IMG/VR virus record: IMGVR_UViG_3300020202_000084
Span: 1-59,449 of that record
Source: a virus
Taxonomy: Duplodnaviria > Caudoviricetes
Strand: one strand, 5' to 3'
Length of the DNA: 59,449 bases
A program made the translations under genes and the position numbers. Shown piece after piece: positions 1 through 9,658 of this stretch (position 1 is the first letter of the stretch; each line of letters begins with the position of its first letter). The notes under the pieces were generated by a model. The model searched no databases. It saw only the letters and a program-made list of their open reading frames with translations, and had not been told where the DNA came from.

Positions 1-127
1 TGGCACGTCAGATCGAGTCATTGTTACTAATTCTAAAACTACGCCTCCAGATTTTCTTAACGCTGGCGAGTTGTTGGTTAAGTTCTGTGCAGAGGAGATG
101 AGAGATGCTGCGAGACAACAAAGGGAA
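1..127. repeat. 127-bp terminal direct repeat (circular assembly overlap), copy 1
   Basis: Identical to 59323-59449; 127 is a typical assembler k-mer; an ORF (59222->172) reads through the junction. Confidence 0.9.
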
Positions 128-339
128 GCCCAAGAGCTTCAAGTCTTTCCGAGAGTTTTTCCTGGCCTATAAGCAGGCTCGAGGGTGGTGATGGATAGAA
201 AAGAGCTGAAGAGAGTGCTTCGAGAATACGCGGTGGAGGCTTTATTTGGTTCTTCCTTACCTTAGTCGTCTCTTTCTGCATAGTTGCAGAGCAGCATTAG
301 CTATGCTATAAGCATTCCCAGTTCAACTAGGAGGGAGTC

Positions 340-489
340 ATGCGTATCGTCTTTGCGTTGCTCATTGTGGGCTTGCTCGCAGCGTGTGCAGGAGATGGCG
401 GAAGTTCGATTATTCAGCCATCATCCCACCCCGGCAAGATCGGTGGTGAGCAGGCTGCCAAGCAGAACAACTTGCAGCCCATCGAATAG
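340..489 (+). CDS. small lipoprotein (49 aa)
   Basis: SD GGAGGGAG then MRIVFALLIVGLLAAC|AGD..., signal peptide with lipobox; too short for the ORF track. Confidence 0.7.
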   Translation: MRIVFALLIVGLLAACAGDGGSSIIQPSSHPGKIGGEQAAKQNNLQPIE

Positions 490-529
490 AACACAGAGGC
501 ACCGCTTCCCCTCATTGGAAGCGAAACTT

Positions 530-563
530 AGGCCCTAGGGGAAACTCTGGGGCCTTTTCTTTT
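530..563 (+). terminator. rho-independent terminator
   Basis: AGGCCCTAGGG-GAAA-CTCTGGGGCCT stem-loop followed by TTTCTTTT. Confidence 0.75.
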
Positions 564-576
564 GGGGAAATTGGAT

Positions 577-966
577 ATGAGAAAGTTTTGGCTAGGACTG
601 ATGGCTGTCACTTGTTTGGCAGCTGGTGTTGCTGCTTGTGAACGTGACGCTGACGTAGCGTCCCGAAACCTGAGCTATGCTGCTGACCAGTTTCAAATCA
701 TGCGCCGCGTGGTGTTCTATAACGGAATCACCGGAGAATACATGCTGACGATTGAGGGACTGTGTTCTCTCGATAATAACAGCACTTCGGTGCAGCTGGC
801 CCTCACCTGTAAGACTGGGCCTGATACTTACAAAAAACACTTCCTTGGGCTGTCTGACAATGTCACCTACTTTGTTGAACAGTTGGAACCTAAGGGTGTT
901 AGTGTCTATCACTATAAAGTTAGCTTTAAGCCTTCCACCATCATCCCCGATATTGACCTTAACTAA
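577..966 (+). CDS. conserved phage lipoprotein
   Basis: Signal peptide with lipobox VAAC; ADVASRNLSYAADQF..RRVVFYN..IEGLCS pattern recalled from phage lipoproteins. Confidence 0.75.
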   Translation: MRKFWLGLMAVTCLAAGVAACERDADVASRNLSYAADQFQIMRRVVFYNGITGEYMLTIEGLCSLDNNSTSVQLALTCKTGPDTYKKHFLGLSDNVTYFVEQLEPKGVSVYHYKVSFKPSTIIPDIDLN

Positions 967-1022
967 AAGCTCTCTAGGAGACTATCTGTCGATATAGATA
1001 GATATATACTCTCCGGGGGACA

Positions 1023-1058
1023 CTATATAGTTAAGACTAACTTTCGTCACTTTGTGAC
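1023..1058 (-). promoter_or_regulatory. phage-sigma promoter motif GTCACA-N12-TTAGTCTTA (antisense orientation)
   Basis: Same motif and 12-nt spacing as at 8890, 17432 and 51695. Confidence 0.6.
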
Positions 1059-1112
1059 ATTCCCATTAAAATTTTGTCTGGAGAACCTTCTTACTCTAGG
1101 AAGGATAAGAAA

Positions 1113-1502
1113 ATGGAAGTTTATGAGTTCCCTATGTGCTGTGCTGCTACTGTGTTTGCTAATTTTGGCAGCACTCTAGTAGTCCATAATCCGGACGAGA
1201 ATAAAGAACTCGTCTTTGAGAAGAATGAGATTAGACACTGGTTGAGCAAGCATCTTGCACCTTATGCGATGGCCGGTAATGGCGAGCATTATATTAAGAA
1301 AGATGCCTTTGTCTGCATTACCCTCAATGACGAACAACGTTCAAAGTTCGGAGATGTAATAGAAGAATTTGGTTTCAAGGAAGTGGCAAGAGGGACTAAT
1401 GCAAAATACTTGCACAATCATGTGACGCTATTTGTCAAAATCATCAACTCGGCCCCTCCATTCGTTAAAGCGGGAAGCGCTAATGACCAAATTACTTATT
1501 GA
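1113..1502 (+). CDS. hypothetical protein
   Basis: ORF with SD; leads the ligase operon. Confidence 0.6.
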   Translation: MEVYEFPMCCAATVFANFGSTLVVHNPDENKELVFEKNEIRHWLSKHLAPYAMAGNGEHYIKKDAFVCITLNDEQRSKFGDVIEEFGFKEVARGTNAKYLHNHVTLFVKIINSAPPFVKAGSANDQITY

Positions 1503-2202
1503 CACCATCCGGGATGAGCTTCGGCCAGGCGATGGTGTTTTAGTAGAATTGACGTATAACGAGTGGGATTGGGGATATGTCACTATGGTGACTGAGACCG
1601 GTTTTATGGTGGAGTTCTGGCCGAAAGATGGACAGAAGTTTCAACAGCTTTGCCCTAGGGACACCGTCTATCCAGATGACTGGAACTTCCCCGACTATAA
1701 AGGAGAGGCACCTAAGAATAAGGTGTCTGCTGTTCCTTCTACGGCAGTAGCGATTTATCAGAACGCCAGCAACACCAGCAGTTTTCATCCCACTGAGCTT
1801 CCTGATGACGACATGTATGTCTTTGTCTATGGCACTCTGAAGAAGGGCGGTCGATTGAACAAGGCGTTGGCAGAATGCCAATTTATTCAGAAGGACATTA
1901 CAGCTGACAAGAAGTTCAACATGTTCAGCTGCGCGGACAGGTTCCCTGCTGTGTCCACTTGGAAGGGTAAATACCATATTGCTGGAGAGATTTACAAGAT
2001 CACTCCGGAAGTTCTGAAGCGCTTGGATGCGCTTGAGGGTGTTCCTCATCTCTACAGGCGTGACACCGTTTGGACTAAGGGGTTTGACAAGCTCTGCTAC
2101 ATCTACATGTCCAGCCTCAAACTAGAGAACGTATACGAAAACGAATACGGCTCCAAGATTTTCCTTGACGAAGAGAACCATGCACAATTCTGGGTGAACT
2201 AG
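1483..2202 (+). CDS. gamma-glutamylcyclotransferase (AIG2/GGCT-like) with N-terminal extension
   Basis: YVFVYGTLKKG, GEIY, LDALEG..LYRR motifs. Confidence 0.85.
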   Translation: MTKLLIDTIRDELRPGDGVLVELTYNEWDWGYVTMVTETGFMVEFWPKDGQKFQQLCPRDTVYPDDWNFPDYKGEAPKNKVSAVPSTAVAIYQNASNTSSFHPTELPDDDMYVFVYGTLKKGGRLNKALAECQFIQKDITADKKFNMFSCADRFPAVSTWKGKYHIAGEIYKITPEVLKRLDALEGVPHLYRRDTVWTKGFDKLCYIYMSSLKLENVYENEYGSKIFLDEENHAQFWVN

Positions 2203-2454
2203 ATGGTCACTTGGCAGACTAGCAAAGAGTGGTGGGGCAAATCCGCTGTTGCCTACCATAAGGATATGAAGGCTTCTATTCAGGAGATGGATGGCAAGTG
2301 CTTCTGGTATATCCGAGAAGATGAGGAAGTTGTAGCTAGAGGCGTCATTCAGAACACGCTAGAAGCAGCAATGGACTACGTTGCTGGCAAGCTCTCGTGG
2401 CTTTCTTGGAAACACAATTTACGGAGACTCATTCATGGACCTTCCGCAGCTTAA
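2203..2454 (+). CDS. hypothetical protein
   Basis: ORF abutting its neighbours. Confidence 0.55.
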   Translation: MVTWQTSKEWWGKSAVAYHKDMKASIQEMDGKCFWYIREDEEVVARGVIQNTLEAAMDYVAGKLSWLSWKHNLRRLIHGPSAA

Positions 2455-3382
2455 GAAGCTCCCCACTTTTCATCGCCATGTGCAGCATCCCAATAAGATG
2501 GGTCCGTGGGATAATAACTTCAAATACGACTGTTACGAATCTACTCATAAGGGTAAGAAGCGTATCAGTAAGAAGGAACTGATGCAGCGCACGGAAGAGG
2601 CGTTGGCCTGGCTGCGCTCCAACGCTGGCTATAGTCCCTTCGGTTTCGTGTTCACTGACGGAACTTACGACTGCTACCCCAGCAATGAATGTCTGGGGCT
2701 TATCAATTGCACAGAACGTATCTGCCGTGACAAGCCGGTTGCATATTTCATCACAGCTGTGGGCAATCATAAAAGCACCGATGCTGCCTATATTAGAGGT
2801 GTTGATTGGCTGATTAATCGCAGCCCGTATGCCAAGGTGTTCGTCACCAAAGACGCCAAGAGTGCCATTGATAACGGCGTCATCATGAACACTGAGCACA
2901 ACGTGGCCCTTAATGTTGCGTCTGCTGCGATCTACCGTAACATGTATGGCATTGCCAAGAACATGTCTTGCTGGTGGGACCATATCCCCGAGGATATCGC
3001 CTTCCTCTTTGCACATTATTTTCATCCTATTAGTGAGACTGCTGTTCGCTTCTCCGACGAATACGATTGGAGCAGCACGCTTGGTAAGAACATCGGTGTG
3101 GATGGCATCAAGCGTTTCGTTACTAGGGACTGCTCGCTTCATGACACCACGCCTATGAGGGATAAACCCTATCGTTATGGTGACTTTATGCATCTCTGGC
3201 GCACTACTGATAGCAAGGTGCGAAAGCCATTCAAGCCTAAGACTTCTACACTAAAAGTCACTCACGAAGGCTGGGGAGGGAAGCAGTATACCTACACATA
3301 TGAAAATGCCATCGATCTAACTGACATGAAGAAAGCGTGTGACAGCTTGATGGAGCAGATTGGATATCCGTATGCCAGCTAA
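2435..3382 (+). CDS. hypothetical protein of the ligase operon
   Basis: Long ORF with SD GGAG, coupled to the next gene. Confidence 0.7.
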   Translation: MDLPQLKKLPTFHRHVQHPNKMGPWDNNFKYDCYESTHKGKKRISKKELMQRTEEALAWLRSNAGYSPFGFVFTDGTYDCYPSNECLGLINCTERICRDKPVAYFITAVGNHKSTDAAYIRGVDWLINRSPYAKVFVTKDAKSAIDNGVIMNTEHNVALNVASAAIYRNMYGIAKNMSCWWDHIPEDIAFLFAHYFHPISETAVRFSDEYDWSSTLGKNIGVDGIKRFVTRDCSLHDTTPMRDKPYRYGDFMHLWRTTDSKVRKPFKPKTSTLKVTHEGWGGKQYTYTYENAIDLTDMKKACDSLMEQIGYPYAS

Positions 3383-4037
3383 AAAAGTATTCATCATCAA
3401 TAGCGACGAAGCTACTGATAAGATGTTCCTGAGCATGAAGTGGGAGATAGTGAGCAACCCTACTCAGGCAGACATATTCCAGTTCACTGGCAGTGGTAAC
3501 AGCGATGTTGATCCTGCGCTTTATAATGAGCTGCAACATAAAGCCACTTTCACCGATCCTGGTAGAGACAAGCAGGAAGCCATCTATTACAAGATTGCTA
3601 AGCAGCGTGGCATCCCAATGGCTGGCATCTGCCGGGGTGCTCAGTTCCTTTGCGTCATGAATGGCGGTTGGTGTTGGCAGCATGTCAACAACCACGACAA
3701 CAAAGAGCACTACGTCACTGACTGGGATACAGGGGAGATCTACCTAGCCAACTCAGTGCATCATCAGATGATGCGGCTCCCTCGCAACAGGGCCACCATC
3801 CTTGCTACAGCTGGTGAAGCCACTTGGAAGGAATGGGTGAATAGCAGGGGTAATGAATGCACATTTACCTGCAATCCCAAGCATGTGGCCGATCCGGAGG
3901 TTGTCTTATTTAAGGACACCAAATGTCTGTGTGTGCAGTATCATCCTGAATATTCAGGCTGGAGTGCCTTAGTGTCTCGGTATTTTAACCTGATTGAGCA
4001 ACATCTATTCTCTAAGGAAGAATCATGTGCGGCATAG
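3372..4037 (+). CDS. class I glutamine amidotransferase / peptidase C26 (gamma-glutamyl hydrolase-like)
   Basis: GICRGAQ nucleophile elbow, NSVHHQ, QYHPE triad. Confidence 0.9.
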   Translation: MPAKKVFIINSDEATDKMFLSMKWEIVSNPTQADIFQFTGSGNSDVDPALYNELQHKATFTDPGRDKQEAIYYKIAKQRGIPMAGICRGAQFLCVMNGGWCWQHVNNHDNKEHYVTDWDTGEIYLANSVHHQMMRLPRNRATILATAGEATWKEWVNSRGNECTFTCNPKHVADPEVVLFKDTKCLCVQYHPEYSGWSALVSRYFNLIEQHLFSKEESCAA

Positions 4038-5236
4038 TCGGAGTGCTGGGTAAGATTGGAAAGTCTAGGCTCAGCATGTTTGAGGATATGCTGACGATGG
4101 ATGCAGTGCGGGGGAATGATAGCACTGGAGTGGCTGTCATTAATAAAGAAGATGTTTGGTGGGGCAAGGATGTTGTGCTGCCCAACGGCATCTTTGATTG
4201 GCAGGACTACAAGGATGCCAAGAAGGCCAAGCCCTTTTGCCTGATCGGACACAACAGAGCTGCTACTCGTGGCGCTATTAAGTCCGATAATGCTCATCCG
4301 TTTCAGCACGGACACATTACTCTTGTCCATAACGGCACGTTAGATGCAGCTTGGCGTCTTCCTAATTACTGGAAGTTTGGCACGGATAGTGAAGCTATCG
4401 CCTATGCTATTAGCCAACACGGGATTGAGACGGTGTGGCCTGTCATTGACGGTGCTGCTACCTTGGTATTCTGGGATGACAAAGAGAAATCCCTGAATGT
4501 CATCAGTAACAATAAGAGACCGTTCTTTATGCAGCCATTCCCCGGTTCAACCGGGATTGTGTGGTCTTCTGAGAGATGGACCTTGCTCACCGCCGCTGCA
4601 AGGACAGGAGTGGTGCTGGATAAAACAGAAGAAATATTCACCACTAAGTCAGATGTCTTATATACCTTTCTGTATGATCCCGATACAGACAAACTAAAGT
4701 ATCGGGAGAAGAAGCTGGAGCCTTATAAGGTAGGTAATAGTATCCCTGGATATCAGGCTCATGTTCCTGCATCTTATAAAAAAAAGAAAAAGAAAAGGGC
4801 GAAAAGTGCTACTGCGGATATTATACCGTTCAAGAGTGCGAGAGCATCTGCGGAGGTGTTTGGTAGTGCAGAGTGTTTTGCTGAGTGGCAGCAGCGTCAG
4901 CTAGATAAGGTGCAACCTAAGGACAACGGGACGGACGCGGACTTAGACACCCGCGCTGTGCCCTTTCGCGGTCCATACAAACAAACCGAGAAACCTACTC
5001 GAACGGCTGAAGAGTTTTTTCGGCTATTTGATTTGACAGAACTAAACCCTAAGAGCTGCACTCCAGAGTGGTTTATGGCTGCCTATCCCAATTGCTTTGG
5101 CTGTGACGGTAGCATGGACTATTCAGATTATTTCACTGCAAAGATTATGAGTTCTACTGCTGCTCTATGCAGCGATTGCCAGTGCGATATTTGGGTTACA
5201 TCCGGTATCGACCCTAATAACATCCGACAACACTGA
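4025..5236 (+). CDS. class II (Ntn) glutamine amidotransferase
   Basis: MCGIVG N-terminal Cys, RGNDSTG, GHNRAAT, NAHPF, HNGTL, TDSE. Confidence 0.92.
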   Translation: MCGIVGVLGKIGKSRLSMFEDMLTMDAVRGNDSTGVAVINKEDVWWGKDVVLPNGIFDWQDYKDAKKAKPFCLIGHNRAATRGAIKSDNAHPFQHGHITLVHNGTLDAAWRLPNYWKFGTDSEAIAYAISQHGIETVWPVIDGAATLVFWDDKEKSLNVISNNKRPFFMQPFPGSTGIVWSSERWTLLTAAARTGVVLDKTEEIFTTKSDVLYTFLYDPDTDKLKYREKKLEPYKVGNSIPGYQAHVPASYKKKKKKRAKSATADIIPFKSARASAEVFGSAECFAEWQQRQLDKVQPKDNGTDADLDTRAVPFRGPYKQTEKPTRTAEEFFRLFDLTELNPKSCTPEWFMAAYPNCFGCDGSMDYSDYFTAKIMSSTAALCSDCQCDIWVTSGIDPNNIRQH

Positions 5237-5243
5237 GGTAAGT

Positions 5244-6050
5244 ATGACTCCTGAGCTACTAATCGGAGCGGACCCTGAGCTGTTCCTCCGAGAGAAAGGT
5301 CTATTGGTTTCTGCGCATACTCTTTTGCCAGGCAGTAAGCAGTATCCGCATGAAGTTCCGTTGGGTGCAGTGCAGGTGGATGGAACTGCTGCCGAGTTCA
5401 ACATTACTCCAGCTGCTTGCGAGGACGAATTTGTCCTGCATATTAGTCAAGTGTTGGGCACACTTCAAGAGATGCTTAAGCCGGGGGTAGAATTGGACAT
5501 CTCCCCTGTGGCTGAGTATCCAGAAGAATATATGTCGTCGCTGCCCGGCTATGTAAAGAAGCTGGGCTGTGATCCTGACTTCAATGCATACACCAAGGAT
5601 GCCAATCCAAAGCCGAATGAACACCCAACTATGAGAACTGCCGCTGGTCACATTCATGTTGGCTGGGGTAAAGACCTTGACACTCGGGATTGGAAGCACT
5701 TTGAAGCGTGCTGTGTTCTCGCCAAGCAAATGGACTTCTGGGTAGGTCTGCCTAGCACCATTCTTGATCCAGACACCAAGCGCAAGCAGATGTATGGAAA
5801 GGCAGGAGCCTTCCGTCCTAAGCGCTACGGTATGGAGTATCGAGTAGCCTCTAACTGGTGGCTGAAGGATAGCGGCACCATGAGGCTGGTCTATTCAAAT
5901 ACCAAGTGGGCTTTCAACACACTGAATGACGGCATCATGCTGTGCCAAGAGCATGGAGATGTAGCCCGAGACATCATTAATAATAATCAAGTAGACGAAG
6001 CTAAGAAGCTTTGTGACAAGCTGGATATCCCTTATTGGCCTTTGGTTTAA
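5244..6050 (+). CDS. phiEco32-like COOH-NH2 ligase type 2
   Basis: IGADPELF, QVDGTAAEFNI, GCDPDFNAY, RTAAGHIHVG, YGKAGAFRPK.YGMEYR. Confidence 0.9.
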   Translation: MTPELLIGADPELFLREKGLLVSAHTLLPGSKQYPHEVPLGAVQVDGTAAEFNITPAACEDEFVLHISQVLGTLQEMLKPGVELDISPVAEYPEEYMSSLPGYVKKLGCDPDFNAYTKDANPKPNEHPTMRTAAGHIHVGWGKDLDTRDWKHFEACCVLAKQMDFWVGLPSTILDPDTKRKQMYGKAGAFRPKRYGMEYRVASNWWLKDSGTMRLVYSNTKWAFNTLNDGIMLCQEHGDVARDIINNNQVDEAKKLCDKLDIPYWPLV

Positions 6051-6052
6051 AC

Positions 6053-6670
6053 ATGCGAAACAAGAAGTGGTATAATGCTGGACACGCAGAGAACTATCTG
6101 AGCGGTAGTGTCATCCGGATAGATAATGTCCCTTGTTATGTTTGCAGTGTTGGCGAATCTAAGATGGAGTATTACCCGATTACCGAGAAGAACAATCATC
6201 GGGTTATTGATCTAGACCATCCTGCTATTGATCTAAATCCCATGCCTCTGGGGTTTCTCTCTCTTAGAGAGACTGATAATTTCCACTCTTCCTCCTATCT
6301 TAAGCGTGGTCCGTATCGCCAATGGAAGGTAGGGACAACTGCTCGTAACACCATCTCTGCCAATCCTTTCAAGCACGCGATTAAAAGCAGCCCTATGATG
6401 CAATACATCCTGCGTAGTCAGGAGTTCTGCGATACGGTGGCTGGGAAGTATATCGATCCTGAGCAGGCCCATGCTTTGAGCGCTAAGAACGAGCAGGGAG
6501 CGTTTGCTTTCAGCAGGCGCTTTGCCGTGTTTAAAGACTTTCTCCTATATAAAGACCTGCAAGAGCCTGTCGGAACTGTGAGTAAGGACGGCACTGTCTT
6601 GCTACATGAGGACTTCACTTATTTGACCGATATGTTGAATGAGGATTTAGATGCGTGCGGTCACCATTAA
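6053..6670 (+). CDS. hypothetical protein of the ligase operon
   Basis: ORF coupled between two ligases. Confidence 0.7.
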   Translation: MRNKKWYNAGHAENYLSGSVIRIDNVPCYVCSVGESKMEYYPITEKNNHRVIDLDHPAIDLNPMPLGFLSLRETDNFHSSSYLKRGPYRQWKVGTTARNTISANPFKHAIKSSPMMQYILRSQEFCDTVAGKYIDPEQAHALSAKNEQGAFAFSRRFAVFKDFLLYKDLQEPVGTVSKDGTVLLHEDFTYLTDMLNEDLDACGHH

Positions 6671-7874
6671 AGACCATTATGAGTTGACTCCAGTAGATGG
6701 GGAGATTGGACTAGAGATTGAGATGGAGGGGGGAGTCTCATATCCGGACGGAAGCAAGCCGGTGTCAGATTACTGGGTGGGAAAAGCCGATCCCTCCATG
6801 CAAGGTCCTGGTGTAGAGTATGTTCTAAAACAACCAATTCCTAGGACAGAAGTAAGGCCCGCGCTACTAGCCCTTAAGGGGTTCTGGAAAACTACCAAAG
6901 CTAAGCTTACTCCTACTGACAGAGATGGGGTGCACATCCATTTTAACTGTCAGAACCTAATGCAAGAACAAGTGATGACCTTTATCCTCATGCTTGTGTT
7001 GCTGGAGGATGTGCTGGTCCGATGGTGCGGTGAGAGCAGGGAGGGAAACATCTTCTGTCTCCGCTCCCGAGATGCTGAAGAATTTCTGAGCAGGCTTAGG
7101 GACATCTTGATTAAAAAGACCTTTAGCGGTCTGGACTACGAAGTATTGAAGTATGCCGCCATCAACATTGCTCCGCTCTGCTCGTATGGTTCTGTAGAGA
7201 TACGCTGCATGGAAACACCTAAGGATATTATGCGAGTAGAAACCTGGGTGCGTATCCTGTGCTGTGTCTATGACGCTGCTCTTAAACTCCAGAGCGTGAG
7301 GGATGTAGCTGACCAGCTAGCCTTCTCTCGGGGGGAAGAACTAATCTGGCAAATCTTTGGAGATTTGGCCCCTGAATTGCTGGAGCCTGCTGGTGGTGAA
7401 CTCGATCTGATGCTGATGGAAGGTCGCAGGCGGGTTAAGGAGGTGGTTTATTCCAGCTACATCTATAAAGAGCGCAAGAAGAATAAGACACTTATTGCTC
7501 CGCCCCCTCCGGCCAGGAAGAAAATTAGTAAGTCAGAGGCGCTAGCGGCTTATGGTGGAGGTCTGGTTGCTGGATCAGAAGTATCCCTTTCTTCCGTGGG
7601 TAACTACTTTAGTGAGCTGAACGATACAGAAGTAGTAGAAGTTTCTCCTGACTATGCAGTTGCACCAGGGCACCCGTCATTGGGAGATGTTACCCCTAAC
7701 ATGGATTGGTCTGGTTATGTGCAGATAGCTACTCCTCCTGGGACCACGGTGAAGCTGCTTCAAAGCCAGTGGCATTTTGTGGCAATTTCTAATACCGGGA
7801 AATATTGGGTTTATAGTCAGAAGCCCGATTCGCTCAATATTGTAGAGCAGTTTGGTCAACATGCTTTCGCATAA
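6651..7874 (+). CDS. putative amidoligase (COOH-NH2 ligase fold)
   Basis: IGLEIEME, VEYV, GVHIHFN, KYAAIN, YGSVEIR motifs. Confidence 0.85.
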   Translation: MRAVTIKDHYELTPVDGEIGLEIEMEGGVSYPDGSKPVSDYWVGKADPSMQGPGVEYVLKQPIPRTEVRPALLALKGFWKTTKAKLTPTDRDGVHIHFNCQNLMQEQVMTFILMLVLLEDVLVRWCGESREGNIFCLRSRDAEEFLSRLRDILIKKTFSGLDYEVLKYAAINIAPLCSYGSVEIRCMETPKDIMRVETWVRILCCVYDAALKLQSVRDVADQLAFSRGEELIWQIFGDLAPELLEPAGGELDLMLMEGRRRVKEVVYSSYIYKERKKNKTLIAPPPPARKKISKSEALAAYGGGLVAGSEVSLSSVGNYFSELNDTEVVEVSPDYAVAPGHPSLGDVTPNMDWSGYVQIATPPGTTVKLLQSQWHFVAISNTGKYWVYSQKPDSLNIVEQFGQHAFA

Positions 7875-7884
7875 GGACACTCTA

Positions 7885-8706
7885 ATGAAGGCTTATCTGT
7901 TCCGTCCTGAAGATATGGGCAAGAAGAGTTGCGAGGGCATCGCTAAGTATTCCAAGACCGGAATCTTTGTGGTGCAGAGCCAGCACGACAGGCATCCTGA
8001 AGAACCTCATCTGTGTATCCGATATGGCTGCCGATCGAGAGTGCCTCAGGGAAGGAATGTTCTGAATAAGCTGGGTAACATGGACAGCACTATGAACAAG
8101 GGGGGGTTCAGGAAGAAACTACAGGAGCATGGTCTGTGCCCTCCCAGCTGGGGTAGTAATTGGGGGGCCGCTCCAGAGTTTCCTTGTGTGGTGCGACCAG
8201 GCTTCCATGCCAAGTCCCAGCACTTCTATCTGTGCCACAGCCTAGAGGATATTGCTGGCGCTGCTCGGTATTGTGGGGATGACTTCTATTGCAGTAAGTT
8301 CATCGATAAGAAGGCTGAGTATCGCATCAATGTCCTTCAGGGCCGAGTTCTTTGTGTCATTGAGAAGAGCGCCAAGGATCAGACAGACATCACCTTCTCT
8401 CGGGGAGCTACGGAAATCCTGTATTGGTCGGAATGGCCTATTGCGGGTGTGTCTAAAGCCATTAAAGCTGTAGCTGTTAGCGGACTGGACTTTGCTGGTG
8501 TGGACGTAATCGAGGGTAAGGACGGGGAGTGCTACGTTCTAGAGCTTAATACCTGTCCCTATTTGGAAGGTTCCTATCAGCAACAGTGCTTTGCCAGAGG
8601 TTTTGATTGGGTGGTGGAGAAGGGTAGGGATCACTTCTCTGTCCAGCATACAGAGAGTTGGAAGAATTATATTCATCCGTGTATGTCAGAACTAGCTAGG
8701 GTGTGA
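7885..8706 (+). CDS. ATP-grasp peptide ligase (RimK-like)
   Basis: FPCVVRP, EYRINV, DFAGVDV, YVLELNTCP. Confidence 0.88.
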   Translation: MKAYLFRPEDMGKKSCEGIAKYSKTGIFVVQSQHDRHPEEPHLCIRYGCRSRVPQGRNVLNKLGNMDSTMNKGGFRKKLQEHGLCPPSWGSNWGAAPEFPCVVRPGFHAKSQHFYLCHSLEDIAGAARYCGDDFYCSKFIDKKAEYRINVLQGRVLCVIEKSAKDQTDITFSRGATEILYWSEWPIAGVSKAIKAVAVSGLDFAGVDVIEGKDGECYVLELNTCPYLEGSYQQQCFARGFDWVVEKGRDHFSVQHTESWKNYIHPCMSELARV

Positions 8707-8889
8707 TGGAGGTTGTTGTATCTTTTAAGGACGGTGAGAAAGCGATCCATCGTGCCGTCTTATATACTCAGTATGGAAATTCCTTCTACTCTGTAGTGAC
8801 CGTAAATAAGACCTATCGCTATAACACCGATACGATTAGTTGGGTTTCGGAAAACAAAATGTGACACGATAAAAATAAAAAATTTCTAA

Positions 8890-8928
8890 GTCACAGTCCC
8901 CTACAATTTAATCTTTAGTCTTATATAG
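8890..8928 (+). promoter_or_regulatory. phage-sigma promoter motif
   Basis: GTCACA-N12-TTAATCTTT overlapping TTAGTCTTATATAG; AT-rich upstream tract. Confidence 0.6.
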
Positions 8929-8939
8929 GAGAAGTCTCT

Positions 8940-9290
8940 ATGATTAGAGCGCTGCTGTTGATTGCTGCTGCCTTGGGTTTAATGTGGTGGCTGGGGAGTG
9001 TTGCTAAGGCAGAAGAATTGCCGCCTGCTATGCACTCTAAACCGTTTCCATTGCCGTGCTTTACGTCCGACATAAGCAAAGAACTGGAGACATACGAAAT
9101 AGTATTCGAGGGAGTATTGCAAGGGATGACTTTGTATTCCCTATATGTCCGGGATGATGGCAAGTTCATTATGACTATGCGGACCACCATATTCCCCGAT
9201 GTTTGCGTTGTGGCCGCTGGTGACCAACACAATCTAATTGGCATTGTTGCTCCAAATACTGAACCCGAACAACCGGAGAGTGGCTCATGA
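8940..9290 (+). CDS. secreted/periplasmic protein
   Basis: Signal peptide ending AKA|EE; two Cys. Confidence 0.7.
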   Translation: MIRALLLIAAALGLMWWLGSVAKAEELPPAMHSKPFPLPCFTSDISKELETYEIVFEGVLQGMTLYSLYVRDDGKFIMTMRTTIFPDVCVVAAGDQHNLIGIVAPNTEPEQPESGS

Positions 9291-9658
9291 TCGGAAGGTT
9301 TATCGTTCTCAACACTATCGGAGCGGGCCTGCTGGTAGCTGCTTATTTTCTAGGCATCCTCCCGCAACTACTATCAGTGGACAAGTGGTTCGCCATGCCA
9401 GGTATGGGTGTTGTAACGCTCGTAGGGCTGGTGCTGGTGGCTCGTAAGCGCCTTGATGACGCCGAGTGGCTCCACAATCACATGCCCCTCCTTGGCCTTC
9501 TATTGACCGTTCTGGGCACTGTTGTGGGAGCCATTCATTTTCGCACTACGGGGGACTACAAGGCATTCCAGATGGATGTCATTACGGCCATGCTGGGAAC
9601 TCTCTCGGGGATGCTCAGCTATCTCTGGCTCAATCTTAACTTAAAGGTGCTGAGATGA
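9287..9658 (+). CDS. MotA/TolQ/ExbB-like membrane protein
   Basis: Four hydrophobic segments; PLLGLLLTVLG and AMLGTLSG resemble the LGLLGTVxG / ALxxTxxG channel helices. Confidence 0.6.
   Translation: MIGRFIVLNTIGAGLLVAAYFLGILPQLLSVDKWFAMPGMGVVTLVGLVLVARKRLDDAEWLHNHMPLLGLLLTVLGTVVGAIHFRTTGDYKAFQMDVITAMLGTLSGMLSYLWLNLNLKVLR

Noticed and set aside
1-127. 127-bp end repeat as a biological terminal repeat
   Set aside because: The length equals a common assembler k-mer and it falls inside an ORF; the real terminus is more plausibly near 51.8-52.1 kb
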